Positions 37,145 to 62,420 of a stretch of DNA of 64,000 nt are shown here, one piece after another (position 1 is the first letter of the stretch; the number at the start of each line of letters is the position of its first letter). The translations under genes were made by a program, and so were the position numbers. Location of the stretch: positions 186,001 to 250,000 of the forward strand of contig NIVC01001331.1 of assembly GCA_002269645.1 (NCBI GenBank), read 5' to 3'. The notes beneath the pieces are model-generated. The model was not told the origin of the DNA. It worked only from the letters and a program-made list of their open reading frames with translations, and ran no database searches. Origin of the DNA: Macrostomum lignano. Taxonomy: Eukaryota.

Positions 37145-40100
37145 CAATCTATTAATCAATCAATCAATCAATCAATAAATCAAAACAAACTATTAATCAG
37201 TTAATCAATCAATCAATCAATCAATAAATCAAAACAAACTATTAATCAGTTAATCAATCAATCAAAACAAACTATCAATCAATCAATCAATCAAAAAAAA
37301 CTATTAATCAATCAATTAATCAATCAATCAATCAATCAAAACAATTTATTAATCAATCAATCAAAACAAACTATTAATCAATCAATTAATCAATCAATCA
37401 ATCAAAACAATTTATTAATCAATCAATCAAAACAAACTATTAATCAATCAATCAAGAAAGCCTCCCCCGCACACCTGATAATGCTGCAGTCTGGCTTCCA
37501 CCGCCCGCTCCTCGGCCCGGACCACCTGCTCGTTAAGCCTGGCTGCGTGCTGGGCCAGGCCCGAGTTAACCAGCCGCAGGCGCGCCCTAGCCGGCATCAG
37601 CAAGCCGTCGTAGAATCCGACAGCGTCTAGAAACCTTGGCGAGGCCAGCTCGTCCAGATTGGCGGACAGCAGCCAGAGAGCCAGCAGCACGGCGGCCCCG
37701 CCAACCAGCCTGGGCACAAAGGTGGATCGCAGAATCCGGCCAGCAGCGGCCGAGACCCGGTTGGACTTCCTATTGGGCCCGGCGCCCTCCTGCCGACAGT
37801 TGATGACCAGCGGCTGGCCGGTCAGCATCACGCCAGCGGTGTGCAGGCTGGCGAATATGTTGTGCAGCAACCACAGCGCGTCAAGGGCGATGCTGCCGGC
37901 CAGCAGGTGCCACACCGTCAGCTCCGGCCAGCCGCTGCTGTCGTCTCCACCGCCGCCAGCGGCTCCGGCAGAATCGGCCGCCGCTCCGCCTCGCAGCTCC
38001 ATCGGCGAGTCCATCAGCACCGTCCATTCGTTTTTAGTTGGCTTAAACTCGTGCCGCATCTGGTCGGCATTGTAGGGCCGGTAGGGCTGGCCGCGGCTGC
38101 CGGCGCCCAGGCTGCCCACCACGGAGGCGTTGATCCGGTCCAGCGTCAGCCGCGGCAGTTTCTGGGCAAAGATTCGGCCGGCCTGAGGACCCGAGGAGCC
38201 GCCGCCGGCGCTGCCAGGCGGCTGCAGGCCGGACCAGAGCGGGAACGGGCGCGTGCTGACACCTTTAGCCGATCGCTGCCTGCGGACTTCGTCGTAGAGC
38301 TTCTTGACAGGTTGCACCCACCAGCTGTTGGTCACGCGGTCGTGCTCAATACGCGAGTCGATACGCTGAGCATACTCTGAGTAAAGCTCATTGAATCGAT
38401 TGCGAAATTCTGCTAAATCCGAGTTCAGCTCATCCGCCACTGTCTGCATCCGGTGCAGCACCGCCGACTGCAGCTCGGAGAATTGCTCGCCGCGGCCCAG
38501 ATACCTGAAGATGAAGGATGCAAGGATCGGGTTACATTTGCGCCGCATAATAATATCCGTACAAGCTACTGATCCGCTTATCATTGTCAGTAGCACTAAA
38601 TGCGCTAAAATTGCTCAAGCAACTAAACTGAAAAATGGCCTCAATAATTACAAAAAATAGTCTAGTCTACTATTCAGCCTACTGACAAGAGTAGAAAGTA
38701 AGGAGTTTAGTCGGAAATCTATCTCTTAGCCAAAAATAAATGAAACCCGAAAAAAATTGAGAGCCACTCTCACCTGGCCGACATGCTAGTTAAATTTGCT
38801 TCCACATCAAGCCAAGTGTCGTTAAGCTGTTTAACGCACAGCTGCCTTTGCAGTATCAAATGATCGTATTGCCTAGCCAGCTCAGCGCTCATATGTCCGG
38901 CTAGTTCAGTCTGGCGCAGAGCCTGTCCGGCCCGGGCTGTCCGAAGAAAATCGGCCAGTTGAACACGAAGCGAAGCCACAGGCGGACCGGCCAGCACGCA
39001 GAGGGACAGGGTGAGGGCGGTGAAGGAGAACAGGATGAGGTAGGCCGGCCGGATTAAGGCGTAGAGCAGGAACAGTAGGCGGTGCGACCGCTTAGGCGAA
39101 TGATCGGGCGGCGGCGCCGGGGCGGGCCAGAGCTGGGCGAGGCCGAGCAGCAGCAGGCAGACAGCGGCCGCAGCAACCAGCAAGCCCAGGTAGAGAGGCG
39201 GCAGAGCGGCGGAGGCCGGCTGGCCAGCCAGTTTTTGTTTTTGCTGCTGCTGTTCGAGCTTGTTGCCATGGAGACGCTCGGATCGGGGAAACAGAATCGA
39301 GGAAGCCGAGGCGCTTCCTGCGGATGCGGCAGCAGCTGAGGCGGTAGACAAGCGCTCTGTAACTATGCGAACAGTGCCCCAGGCGTCTATAGCAACCAAA
39401 TGGAAGGTGCGATTGTAGTCTACACTGGAACCTGGCTGGCCGGGCACGATGAAGCGGAGTTGGAATCTGCGGATTAACAGGGTTTCATTATTAGTTAGCT
39501 AATACCTGCTGACGGCACTTCGGTTAGACCCGCTGATGACCCACCTGTTAGACCCTCTGATGACCCACCTGTTAGACCCTCTGATGATCCACCTGTTAGA
39601 CCCTCTGATGACCCACCTGTTAGACCCTCTGATGATCCACCTGTTAGACTCTCTGATGACCCACCTGTTAGACTCTCTGATGACCCACCTGTTAGACCCT
39701 CTGATGACCCACCTCCTGTTAGACCCTCTGACGACCCACCTGTTAGACCCTCTGATGACCCACCTGTTAGACCCTCTGACGACCCACCTGTTAGACCCTC
39801 TGATGACCCACCTCCTGTTAGACCCTCTGACGACCCACCTGTTAGACCCTCTGATGACCCACTTGTTAGACCCCCTGACGATCCACCTGTCATACCCGCT
39901 AATGACCCCTCTGTTACACTCGCCTACGACTCGAGGAGTCTGAGCACTAATCCGAGCTCACCTATGATTATCCCGCAGTCCGATCTCGAAGTTGTACAGC
40001 CGGTTAGGCCGGGCCCCGCCGCTAGCCGGATCCCAAACCTCCAGTCGGAATCGGCCAGGCGACGATTTCAACCCACCAGCGAGTTCAACAATCCAATCGC

Positions 40101-43100
40101 CGTCAGGCCGCAGGTAGACAGCGGATCGGATCAGACTGCGGACTAGCACGGCTTCGGGCAGGCCTAGGCTGGCCAGCACCGAGGATCGGGAATCGATGTG
40201 CAGCTGCAAGCGAGGCTGCGAGTCGCGCCGTCTCACCCGATAGGCCAGGCCGGTGAGCTTGTCCACGCGCAGGTCCGGCGCCGGCTCGAACGTGCTTGGC
40301 GTCGAATCGGTCGACGCTGAGGCGCCAACGTCGCCGCGCATGCCGTCTAGCAGTTTGTCGGCCTTGGCGCAGTCGGTGCCGTTCCACTGGCTGGCTGTGA
40401 CGCCCATGGGCTCGGAGGGCCACACGGTGATGGACCTGCGCCGGGGATTGGGTATGCAATAATTATACAGGCATGCCGGCGAGTTCTACTGTATCGATAT
40501 GAGCGCACCTATTGAATATTAACCAACAAGTCAAATTGCTAACCTACCTATATACGACACGTCTGTGTCTATACTTGCTTGTGTTCATGTACTAACATAC
40601 CTACTCATCTGTACTTTTACTAATCATGTACCTATCGACACCGGTACTCGTATCTACTTATCAATCAACCGATTAACTAATTATTTTGCCTGCGTGTCTG
40701 TCTGTCTGTCTACCTACCTACCTACCTACCTACCTACCTACCTACCTACCTACCTACCTACCTACCTACCTACCAAGCTAGCTACCTACCTAGCTAACAA
40801 GCTAGCTACCTACCTAGCTAACAAGCTAGCTACCTACCTAGCTAACAAGCTAGCTACCTACCTAGGTAACAAGCTAGCTACCTACCTAGCTAACAAGCTA
40901 GCTACCTACCTAGCTAACAAGCTAGCTACCTACCTAGCTACCTATCTACCAACTTATTTACTTATCTACCTATCTGCCTATCCACCTACTTGCCTACCAA
41001 CCCACATACCTACCAAGATACCAACCTACCAACATACCTACCTACCTATCTACATACGTCCTACCTAGCTACCAAGCTAGCTACCTACTTACCTACCTAC
41101 CTACCTAACTACCAAGCCCCAGACAACAGTGAATTAATGACCCTGCCAAGAGCACAGGAGCCGCAGGCCAAGCTCTCACCTAGTAACCTTAGCCATTCGC
41201 ACGTTAGTCAGCGGCTGTCCAGCGCTGCCGCCGCGCCATCGACCTGCGTGCAGAATGCCGGCCTCGCCGCCGCCAATAACATCCGGCAGAGTGTCCGGCG
41301 GGCCGCCGTGCAGGGTGGCGTTCAGCACCGAGTCGAACTGCCTAGTGGCCGGGCCCGGCCGGCCGTCCGAATCGATTCGAGCCTCAATAGCTAGAGTTCG
41401 TTTCAAGGACAGTCGCTCGTAGGTGACCACGGCGGTGGCTTTGTAGAGCAGCTGGCGCGGCTTCGGGGCCACGTGACAGTGGAACGACTTCGGGCCGGGC
41501 GCCCACACCGGCCGCATCGTGTAGGAGAAGAACGAGCCGCGCATGCAGCGGAAGGTCTTACAATTGGGAGTGTAGTATTTGTCGCACAACGCGCTGCAGT
41601 TGTCCCTGGCGCAGCAGGTGTAGCATTCGGCCAGTTTTGGCGACCAACCGTCGTCCAGTTCGTCCGTGGTGATGGCGCAGGCCGGGTGGCCGTGGCTGAT
41701 TGGCCGGCTGCAGCCTAGGAGGCACTGCTTGCACTCTTGCAGCCTCTGGTGGGTGGTTTGCATTGTTGGCAATTACAATATTTGTGGCTTGGGGAGTGAC
41801 GGAGTCAAGGTTGGAGAGTCAAGGTTTTTCTAGAATCTTAGGGGCGATTTTCTATAGGAGTTTAGATGGCGATTTTCTACAGAAGCTTAGATGGGGCGAT
41901 TTTCTATAGGAGCTTAGAGGGCGATTTTCTATAGAAGCTTAGATGGGGCGATTTTCTATAGAAGCTTAGAGGGCGATTTTCTATAGGAGCTTAGATGGGG
42001 CGATTTTCTATAGGAGCTTAGATGGGGCGATTTTCTATAGGAGCTTAGAGGGCGATTTTCTATAGAAGCTTAGATGTGGCGATTTTCTATAGAAGCTTAG
42101 ATGGGGCGATTTTCTATAGAAGCTTTGATGTGGCGATTTTCTATAGAAGCTTTGAGGGCGATTTTCTATAGGAGCTTAGATGGGGCGATTTTCTATAGGA
42201 GCTTAGATGGGGCGATTTTCTATAGGAGCTTAGATGGGGCGATTTTCTATAGGAGCTTAGATGGGGCGATTTTCTATAGAAGCTTAGAGGGCGATTTCTA
42301 TAGAAGCTTAGAGGGCGATTTTCTATAGAAGCTTAGACAGGGCGATTTTCTATAGGAGCTTAGAGGGCGATTTTCTATAGGAGCCTAGATGGGGCGATTT
42401 TCTATAGGAGCTTAGAGGGCGATTTTCTATAGAAGCTTAGAGGGGGCGATTTTCTATAGGAGCTTAGAGGGCGATTTTCTATAGAAGCTTAGACAGGGCG
42501 ATTTTCTATAGGAGCTTAGAGGGCGATTTTCTATAGGAGCCTAGATGGGGCGATTTTCTATAGAAGCTTAGAGGGGGCGATTTTCTTTAGGAGCTTAGAG
42601 GGCGATTTTCTATAGAAGCTTAGATGGGGCGATTTTCTATAGAAGCTTAGAGGGGGGTGATTTTCTATAGGAGCTTAGATGGCGATTCTCCAAACTCACA
42701 TCGTTGCAGAAGGTCTGCCCAACAACCAGGTAGCCCTCGTGTCCAGACAGCTGGGCGCTGTCGCTAAACAAGTCGGTCAAGCGGCCGGGGTTAGCGCAGA
42801 CAATGCCGGGTAGGCTGGCCACATTCCAATTGCCAAAGCTAGTGTAGGTCATGCAAGCCTTCAGCGTAGGCGAATAGCCGGGCAACTGCTTGTCAAGCTC
42901 GCCCATGCTGACTTGATCCGGCTCCTCGTGCGAGGTCAGGACAAAGGCCAGCGGCAGCGGATAGGGGCACCGATTGGCCAGGGTGCCCTGCGCTTCGCCC
43001 GGCGGCAGATCCGGCCGGCTTACATAGGCGCCGTTGCTATTAGCAACCGAATGATTCACTGGCAATAATTCAACGCCGTAGCTCATCTCTTCTAGGGTGA

Positions 43101-43417
43101 CGGAGATGGTGAAAGCGCCGGATCGGCGCAGCGTAGCCTGCTGGCGCCGCTCCGAGTCCCAGGCGATGTCGACAGACAGGCCGGTTGGGGAATTGGCGGC
43201 GGCGGCGTCCGCGGTGGCCAAATCCTCCCAGATGAGGTTGGCGTCCGGGCCCTGGTGCGGCGCCCGATCGGACGACAGGCCGGGCAGCTGGGATTTCGGT
43301 GCACAGCGCCGATTGTGCGAGCCGAGGCAGGGCGACTGTTCGAACTCTTCGGCTGTGCAGGTTGGGCTGCACACTGCGGGGCGGGGCGGTGGGGGAATAC
43401 GGGATTGACATTCACAG
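36050..43417 (-). CDS. Uncharacterised large membrane protein, 3' part: TNFR-like and Cys-rich ectodomain plus five predicted TM helices (prominin/tweety-like topology)
   Basis: Exons 43417-42700, 41745-41180, 40435-39962, 39466-38774, 38504-37475, 36469-36050 (stop); GT-AG, phases 0,2,2,2,0 consistent; 3901 nt. CSPTCTAEEFEQSPCLGSHNRRC; five hydrophobic stretches. Confidence 0.8.
36830..37455. repeat. Compound (AATC)n / AAACAAACTATT repeat, intronic
   Basis: Read directly. Confidence 0.95.
39525..39900. repeat. 24 bp minisatellite (CCCACCTGTTAGACCCTCTGATGA), intronic
   Basis: Lies within intron 39467-39961. Confidence 0.95.
40695..41115. repeat. (CTAC)n microsatellite with a 24-bp higher-order unit (CTAGCTACCTACCTAGCTAACAAG), intronic
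   Basis: Read directly. Confidence 0.9.
41840..42688. repeat. 25-27 bp minisatellite (GGGCGATTTTCTATAGGAGCTTAGATG), intronic
   Basis: Fills most of intron 41746-42699. Confidence 0.95.
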
Positions 43418-43439
43418 CTAAATTGTGGGGCAAAGCGAG

Positions 43440-43785
43440 GGGTTAGAAAGAAGGGGAAGAAGGTAGACGGAGGGTAGAAAGAAGGGGAAGAAGGTAGACG
43501 GAGGGTAGAAAGAAGGGGAAGAAGGTAGACGGAGGGTAGAAAGAAGGGGAAGAAGGTAGATGGAGGGTAGAAAGAAGGGGAAGAAGGTAGACGGAGGGTA
43601 GAAAGAAGGGGAAGAAGGTAGATGGAGGGTAGAAAGAAGGGGAAGAAGGTAGACGGAGAGTAGAAAGAAGGGGAAGAAGGTAGATGGAGGGTAGAAAGGA
43701 GGGGAAGAAGGTAGATGGAGGGTAGAAAGGAGGGGAAGAAGGTAGATGGAGGGTAGAAAAAAGGGGAAGAAGGTAGACGGAATGG
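43440..43785. repeat. 31 bp purine-rich minisatellite (AGAAAGAAGGGGAAGAAGGTAGACGGAGGGT)
   Basis: Period 31 (43445, 43476). Confidence 0.95.
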
Positions 43786-44221
43786 CAGAAATTACAGTAA
43801 GTTATGTAGACGGAATAGCTGAAAGAAGGGAAGAAGGTAGTAATAGGATAGCTCGTAGGATGGAGGCAAATTGCACGGGTTTTCCCAGATATAAATGTGT
43901 CAGTAATAACTAATAATTAATTTTATTGCTAGCCCAAGGAATACAGAGTAAACTATAACTAGCTACTAGGCAAAATCTTTATAACTAATACATTTAATGC
44001 AGCTTGGTTTTTATCTACTTGCAGTAGTGTAATATTATAGGTGTCTTATATTACAGGACGAGTGATAAAACTGAAAGTCATAAATCTTAGTGTCGGGGAC
44101 GGTGAACGGAGGTGGCGGCGCCGCAGTTGTAACAGGCTTCGGCTCTAATCTGCAGTCGGGAATCATAACAGTATTCAAGTATATTTGAGGAATCCAGCTT
44201 GATACGGCACTTGATAGGTAA

Positions 44222-45915
44222 CCAGTGCCCTAGATGGATATCCCAGTGCCCTAGATGGATATCCCAGTTCCCTAGATGGATATCCCAGTTCCCTAGATGG
44301 ATATCCCAGTTCCCTAGATGGATATCCCAGTTCCCTAGATGGATATCCCAGTTCCTTAGATGGATATCCCAGTTCCCTAGATGGATATCTCTGTGTGATA
44401 GATGGATATCCCAATATGTGGATATCAGTGTCCTAGATACTCGTAGTGTCGTACGTGTATATTCTAGCATCCTATGCTGATATCCCAGTGTCTTTTGTAT
44501 GTGGATATCAGTGTCCTAGATACATATCCCAGTGTCTTTACGTGGATATCAGTGTCCTAGATACATATCCCAGTGTCTTTACGTGGATATCAGTGTCCTA
44601 GATACATATCCCAGTGTCTTACGTGGATATCAGTGTCCTAGATACATATCCCAGTGTCTTTACGTGGATATCAGTGTCCTAGATACATATCCCAGTGTCT
44701 TACGTGGATATCAGTGTCCTAGATACATATCCCAGTGTCTTTACGTGGATATAAGTGTCCTAGATACATATCCCAGTGTCTTTACGTGGATATCAGTGTC
44801 CTAGATACATATCCCAGTGTCTTACGTGGATATCAGTGTCCTAGATACATATCCCAGTGTCTTTACGTGGATATCAGTGTCCTAGATACATATCCCAGTG
44901 TCTTACGTGGATATCAGTGTCCTAGATACATATCCCAGTGTCTTTACGTGGATATCCGTGTCCTAGATACATATCCCAGTGTCTTTACATGGATATCAGT
45001 GTCCTAGATACATATCCTAGTGTCTTACGTGGATATCAGTGTCTTATGTGGATATCAGTGTCCTAGATACATATCCCAGTGTCTTTAAGTGGATATCAGT
45101 GTCCTAGATACATATCCCAGTGTCTTTAAGTGGATATCAGTGTCCTAGATACATATCCCAGTGTCTTTAAGTGGATATCAGTGTCCTAGATACATATCCC
45201 AGTGTCTTTAAGTGGATATCAGTGTCCTAGATACATATCCCAGTGTCTTTACGTGGATATCAGTGTCCTAGATACATATCCCGTGTCTTTACGTGGATAT
45301 CAGTGTCCTAGATACATATCCCAGTGTCTTTACGTGGATATAAGTGTCCTAGATACATATCCCAGTGTCTTTACGTGGATATCCGTGTCCTAGATACATA
45401 TCCCAGTGTCTTTACGTGGATATCCGTGTCCTAGATACATATCCCAGTGTCTTTACGTGGATATCAGTGTCCTAGATACATATCCCAGTGTCTTACGTGG
45501 ATATCAGTGTCCTAGATACATATCCCAGTGTCTTACGTGGATATAAGTGTCCTAGATACATATCCCAGTGTCTTTACGTGGATATCAGTGTCCTAGATAC
45601 ATATCCCAGTGTCTTACGTGGATATCAGTGTCCTAGATACATATCCCAGTGTCTTTACGTGGATATCAGTGTCCGAGATACATATCCCAGTGTCTTTACG
45701 TGGATATCAGTGTCCGAGATACATATCCCAGTGTCTTTACGTGGATATAAGTGTCCTAGATACATATCCCAGTGTCTTACGTGGATATCAGTGTCCTAGA
45801 TACATATCCCAGTGTCTTACGTGGATATCAGTGTCCTAGATACATATCCCAGTGTCTTACGTGGATATCAGTGTCCTAGATAGATACCCCAGTGTCTTAT
45901 ATGGATATCAGTGTC
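44222..45915. repeat. 21 bp array (44222-44390) followed by a related 40-41 bp array (CAGTGTCCTAGATACATATCCCAGTGTCTTTACGTGGATAT)
   Basis: Read directly. Confidence 0.95.
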
Positions 45916-46807
45916 CTACGAGTAGATGAATATCCCAGTATAAGGCTATATAAGGATCCCAAATTTTACATTCCCAAAAGTAATACTAACTAGCTATTAG
46001 TATATAAACTTTGAACCAGCAACTATTGATATGTCAGTTCAGTCATCAAAGGCTTCAATCCCACATTTCCGCTTGGATTGCTAAAATGAAGCCAATGCAA
46101 AAGAAGACCTAGAAGTGCAGCCACTTACCGACAGCTCACCGCAGGCTCTATCAATTTTCCAAATCATTGCAGCTAGTTGAAGCGTTAAAACAAGCAAGCA
46201 CACGCATATATATGTACTCTTAGCTATTTTGCTTAAGATTTGGCCCGAGTTCAGCTCTCAGGACCTGTACCAGAAACGCGAAACAGTCCCCAAGGGAAAT
46301 TGGGGTGGCGGGGCGGGTGGCTACTAGATAGATAATCCGTCCTCCCTCTACCCCTGTTTCACCGCCGCTCGACCAGTTTCCTTCATCGCTAATCTTCATT
46401 GCCATCAATCGGTTTCCTCCTCGCCTACAGGGAAGGAAGGAATATATTCGTGCATAGGATTTCTTCCCACAGCAAGAGACTAAAGAGACGGTAGCCCCCC
46501 CCCCCAGAGTAATCATTTGCGCAATCTAAAATTGCGTGCGAAAAGCGCAGATCAATGAGACCAGTGTGAGAGAATAAGGATATGGTGGGCGAGTAAGATT
46601 GGACCAGCGCTAGGATTAATTAGTTGAAATTTAGGACAATAATATAAATAATATATATGAAAATAATTGCAGAATTCCCATATCGATCAATAGAGATGCA
46701 ATCGCTGCGACTTTCAATAACTGCTTAAAGAATTCTCAAGAGCCAGGCGATTGCATCTTTGATGATAGATTTTGTCAAAGCAAAATTCTTCATCCCAGTA
46801 AATAAGA

Positions 46808-47298
46808 GTCTAGTCTACAATCTCACCCCTGAGAATACCAGTCTAGTCTACTATCTCACCCCTGAGAATACCAGTTTAGTCTACAATCTCACCCCTGAGA
46901 ATACCAGTCTAGTTTACAATCTCACACCTGAGAATACCAGTCTAGTCTACTATCTCACCCCTGAAAATACCAGTCTAGTCTACTATCTCACCCCTGAGAA
47001 CACCAGTCTAGTCTACAATCTCACCCCTAAGAATATCAGTCTAGTCTATAATCTCACCCCTAAGAATACCAGTCTAGTCTACAATCTCACCCCTGAGAAT
47101 ACCAGTCTAGTCTACAATCTCACCCCTGAGAATACCAGTCTAGTCTACAATCTCACCCCTAAGAATATCAGTCTAGTCTACAATCTCACCCCTGAGAATA
47201 CCAGTCTAGTCTACAATCTCACCCCTGAGAATATCAGTCTAGTCTACAATCTCACCCCTGAGAATACCAGTCTAGTCTACAATCTCACCCCTGAGAAT
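46808..47298. repeat. 33 bp minisatellite (CTCACCCCTGAGAATACCAGTCTAGTCTACAAT)
   Basis: Direct tandem copies. Confidence 0.95.
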
Positions 47299-47442
47299 AT
47301 ACGAGCGTAAATCTGGAATTCTGATATTAGATCTAATACGATTCTAGGAACTTTCATAAACTTAAGCACACCGAACGAGAATTCCCAATACCTTATGCCC
47401 CATCAACTAAAGCGAATCCCCTAAAAACATGCAGATACTCAC

Positions 47443-59296
<11,854 letters not shown>

Positions 59297-60392
59297 GTTT
59301 TCTGAAATGCAAATTTGAAGTCACTTATAAGAAAAAATGTTTTAAGTTAAATGTCTATATCATACCATATCATATATATCTTCTATTGAAATGCTCTTGT
59401 TTCAATTTATATCCGAAAAATTTAAAATAACAAATGCTAATAACTCAAAAAAAATTGAACGATTTTTATAATTGAATAAATAATATATGATTTGATAAAA
59501 ATAAGTTCAAAATTGCAACACATTATATCAGATAATGCCTTACTTAAACACATGATAGCCATGTTGAAACTTATAGTTAAAATGTTAAAAGGTTGCTCTA
59601 ATGCCTTCTTTCTACGAGCTACTATATACCAAAAGGAGAAGATTGAAAAAGCACTTTTTAGTGTCCAAAGCCAATTTTCATCTGCTATGGCAATATTTCT
59701 AAGTCAAAAGGATTTTATTACAAATGTTGCTTAGAGAAATTTTTTATGATCCATAGCAATTTCATCCTTATTTTCTTTTTTCTTCTTCTCCTTCTTCTCC
59801 TCTCCTTCTCCTTATAAAAATGAATTGTTTGTATATGGGTATGCAATTGATTTCAGAAAAAATTGGCTCAACCAATTTTCTTCAAACCTGCACCATTCAA
59901 TCAGAAATTTCCCTGTGACGGTACATGCATCCTGGCTAAGAAATTTCTCACTCCTAAAGAGATTAAATATTTGAAAAACATGCTTTTTTGCAAAGGTCAA
60001 GAAGCTCTTTCAACTTGAAATGCATTATAAGAATGCTAGAGAAAAAACTGACTGACTGAATTCCTATTCTGATTAAGATTATATCACAACAAGTTGAAAA
60101 CAGTTTCAAAGAAAAGCACGCAAGACTTGATAGAGATTGTGTAACCATATTGTATTTATTTATTGTCTGTATACAGGCTGAGTTTTACTGACTTTTATTG
60201 CCTTGCTGTATTAAAAATACAGTGTTGAAACATAGCGCCTGACTTGATTGAAATTGCGTAACCATATTGCTAACTTAAATTGAGACTGATACTGGCTGAC
60301 TGAGAAATTGATTATGTCATAAATTTTACTCTAACAGACTTGCTGTAGGTATAGAATTAAAAGGGCCATAAGTCATGTTATCAAATTGACAA

Positions 60393-60452
60393 GAGATAGC
60401 CTAGAGGCGAACAGACTGGACTGCTAAAGTAGCAACCTGGGTTCAAATCTCA
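60393..60452 (+). other. Third tRNA-derived segment (Helitron copy 2)
   Basis: GAGATAGCCTAGAGGCGAACAGACTGGACTGCTAAAGTAGCAACCTGGGTTCAAATCT. Confidence 0.55.
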
Positions 60453-60524
60453 GTAATGCAAAAATTTTTTAGGTAAAAAAAAGTTTTTTTGATAAACAAA
60501 AAAGAAGTGCATTGTCAAACGCAA

Positions 60525-60905
60525 AGTGGCACCATGTAAAACATAAAAGAGATCCCATGTCAAACATAAAGAGTTACCATGTCAAACATAAAAGTAGGTG
60601 GCACCATTTCAAACATAAAACAGGCACCATGTACAACATAAAAGAGCCACCATTTCAAACATAAAAGAGCCACCATTTCAAACATAAAAGAGCCACCATT
60701 TCAAACATAAAAGAGCCACCATTTCAAACATAAAAGAGCCACCATTTCAAACATAAAAGAGCCACTATGTCAAACACTATTTCAAACAAAAGAAGTGTCA
60801 TGCCAAACATAAATGGGCCACCATGTCAAACAAAAAAGCCATCATTTCAAACATAGAAGAGACACCATATCAAATATAAAATAAGCATCATGCCAAACAT
60901 AAAGG
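60525..60905. repeat. About 23 bp minisatellite (CACCATTTCAAACATAAAAGAGC) in Helitron copy 2
   Basis: Read directly. Confidence 0.9.
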
Positions 60906-60949
60906 AGCCACTATAAAGCTGAGGATATTGTTGAACTAGCTACTTGCTA

Positions 60950-61615
60950 TCAGGGGATGCTTGCTATCTGAGGGATGCTTGCTATCTGAGGGATACTTGC
61001 TATCTGGGGGATACTTGCTATCTGGGGGATGCTTGCTATTTGAGGGATGCCTGCTATTGCTGGGATGCTTGCTATCAAAAAGATGCTTGCTATCTAAGGT
61101 ACTTGCTATTAGGAGATGCTTGCTCTTTGGGTGTGGAAGGTACTTTCTATCTGAAAAGCGGTTGCTAGCTATTTCTTTCCATCCAAGAAATATCTCCAAG
61201 GATTTTTTCTATCTAGGGATGCTTGCTATCTGAGGGATACTTGCTATCTGGGTTTGCTTACTATTGGGAGATACTTGCTATCTGGGCGATGCTTGCTGTC
61301 TGGGGGATGTTTGCTATTTGGGGTTGCTTGCAATCAGGGGATGCTTGCTATCTGGCGGATGCTTACTGTCTAGGGGATGTTTGCTATCTAGGGTTGCTTG
61401 CATTCAGGGGATGCTTGCTATCTGGGGGATGCTTGCTATCTGGGGGATGCTTGCTATCTAGGGGATGCTTGCTGTCTAGGGGATACTTGCTATCTGGGAG
61501 ATACTTCCTATCTGAGGTTGCTTGCTATTGGGGGAATGCTTGTTGTCTGGGGGATGCTTGCTATCTGGGGGATGCTTGCTATCTAGGGGATGTTTGCTAT
61601 CTAGGGTTGCTTGCA
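60950..61615. repeat. GGGGATGCTTGCTATCT repeat in Helitron copy 2
   Basis: Same motif as 12420-12645. Confidence 0.9.
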
Positions 61616-62199
61616 ATTGGGGGAGGCTCTTGGGGGGGGGGTTTGCAATGTTTGCCATCTAGGGAATGCTTTTGACTTAGGGGGAATGCCTATTATCTTT
61701 GTAAAGGCTTTATTTTATTGTGTACTTTTATTACTTTTAGACAATAGATTCATAGCAGACATCTTTGTCCATGAAAATTTTACTCAAATATAAGGTGATC
61801 TATAAACCAAAGAAAAAACTGGTTTTTAAGAAAATGTGCTTTTCTAATGGATTTGCATGATAATTTTTGCTCTTTACTTATTTGGCACCCAAAGGGGCAC
61901 TAGATTGCTAGTCTTTTTACTAATATTGATAGTATTGATTGCTATATAAAGAAACATCTTTTAAGATAGCTAAACAAATATATATATTTATAAATGCAAA
62001 ACTTTAGCTTTATGTTATATAAGACTACAAATTCTTAAAAAATACTATTGACACTATTGTTTAGACATATATACTTTAACAGCAAATAACACTAGCTAAG
62101 ATTGTCTACCATGTATAACTATTTTATAAAATGCACTGGTTGTGCTAAAAATGAACCAAAGCAAAGCATGTAGAAATGGCTGGATGACTATCAGCTCCT

Positions 62200-62420
62200 A
62201 TGACAATCATTCTGGTAGGCGATTTGCGTCCGCCTGCAGAGCTGTGCCAACTGGACCTCACAATGAGGGACCTGGCAGCCGTGACAACAGATATGCTGGC
62301 TTGTATTCGTTGGTTGGCCACCTACAGGCTGCTTGCCAATGAACAGCAGTGTGGATGCCAGCCGGTGCTCAAATGTGTTTGCAATGCCGATTATCTTTCT
62401 TGTGACTTCAAACTTTAATT
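62200..62420 (+). pseudogene. Possible degenerate DNA-transposase N-terminal zinc-ribbon fragment (Merlin/ISXO2-like)
   Basis: ACIRWLATYRLLANEQQCGCQ resembles the CI.WL...LL....C..C pattern recalled for Merlin transposases; weak, no catalytic core or TIR seen. Confidence 0.3.

Larger units (their letters stand above)
59809..61911 (+). mobile_element. Diverged second copy of the non-autonomous Helitron family
   Basis: 5' region aligns with 10637-11230 (GGCTCAACC..TTT..TTC.AAC.TGCACCATTC.ATCAGAAATTT..GTGACGGTACATGCATC.TGGCTAAGAAATT); 3' end GGCACCCAAAGGGGCACTAGATTGCTAG|T matches 15250-15282; exact 5' boundary uncertain. Confidence 0.78.

Noticed and set aside
37448-38596. Treating the ORF-track starts of internal exons (38596, 36550, 41772, 6937, 16391) as gene starts
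   Set aside because: Upstream parts are intronic; phase-consistent acceptors lie downstream (38504, 36469, 41745, 6900, 16361).
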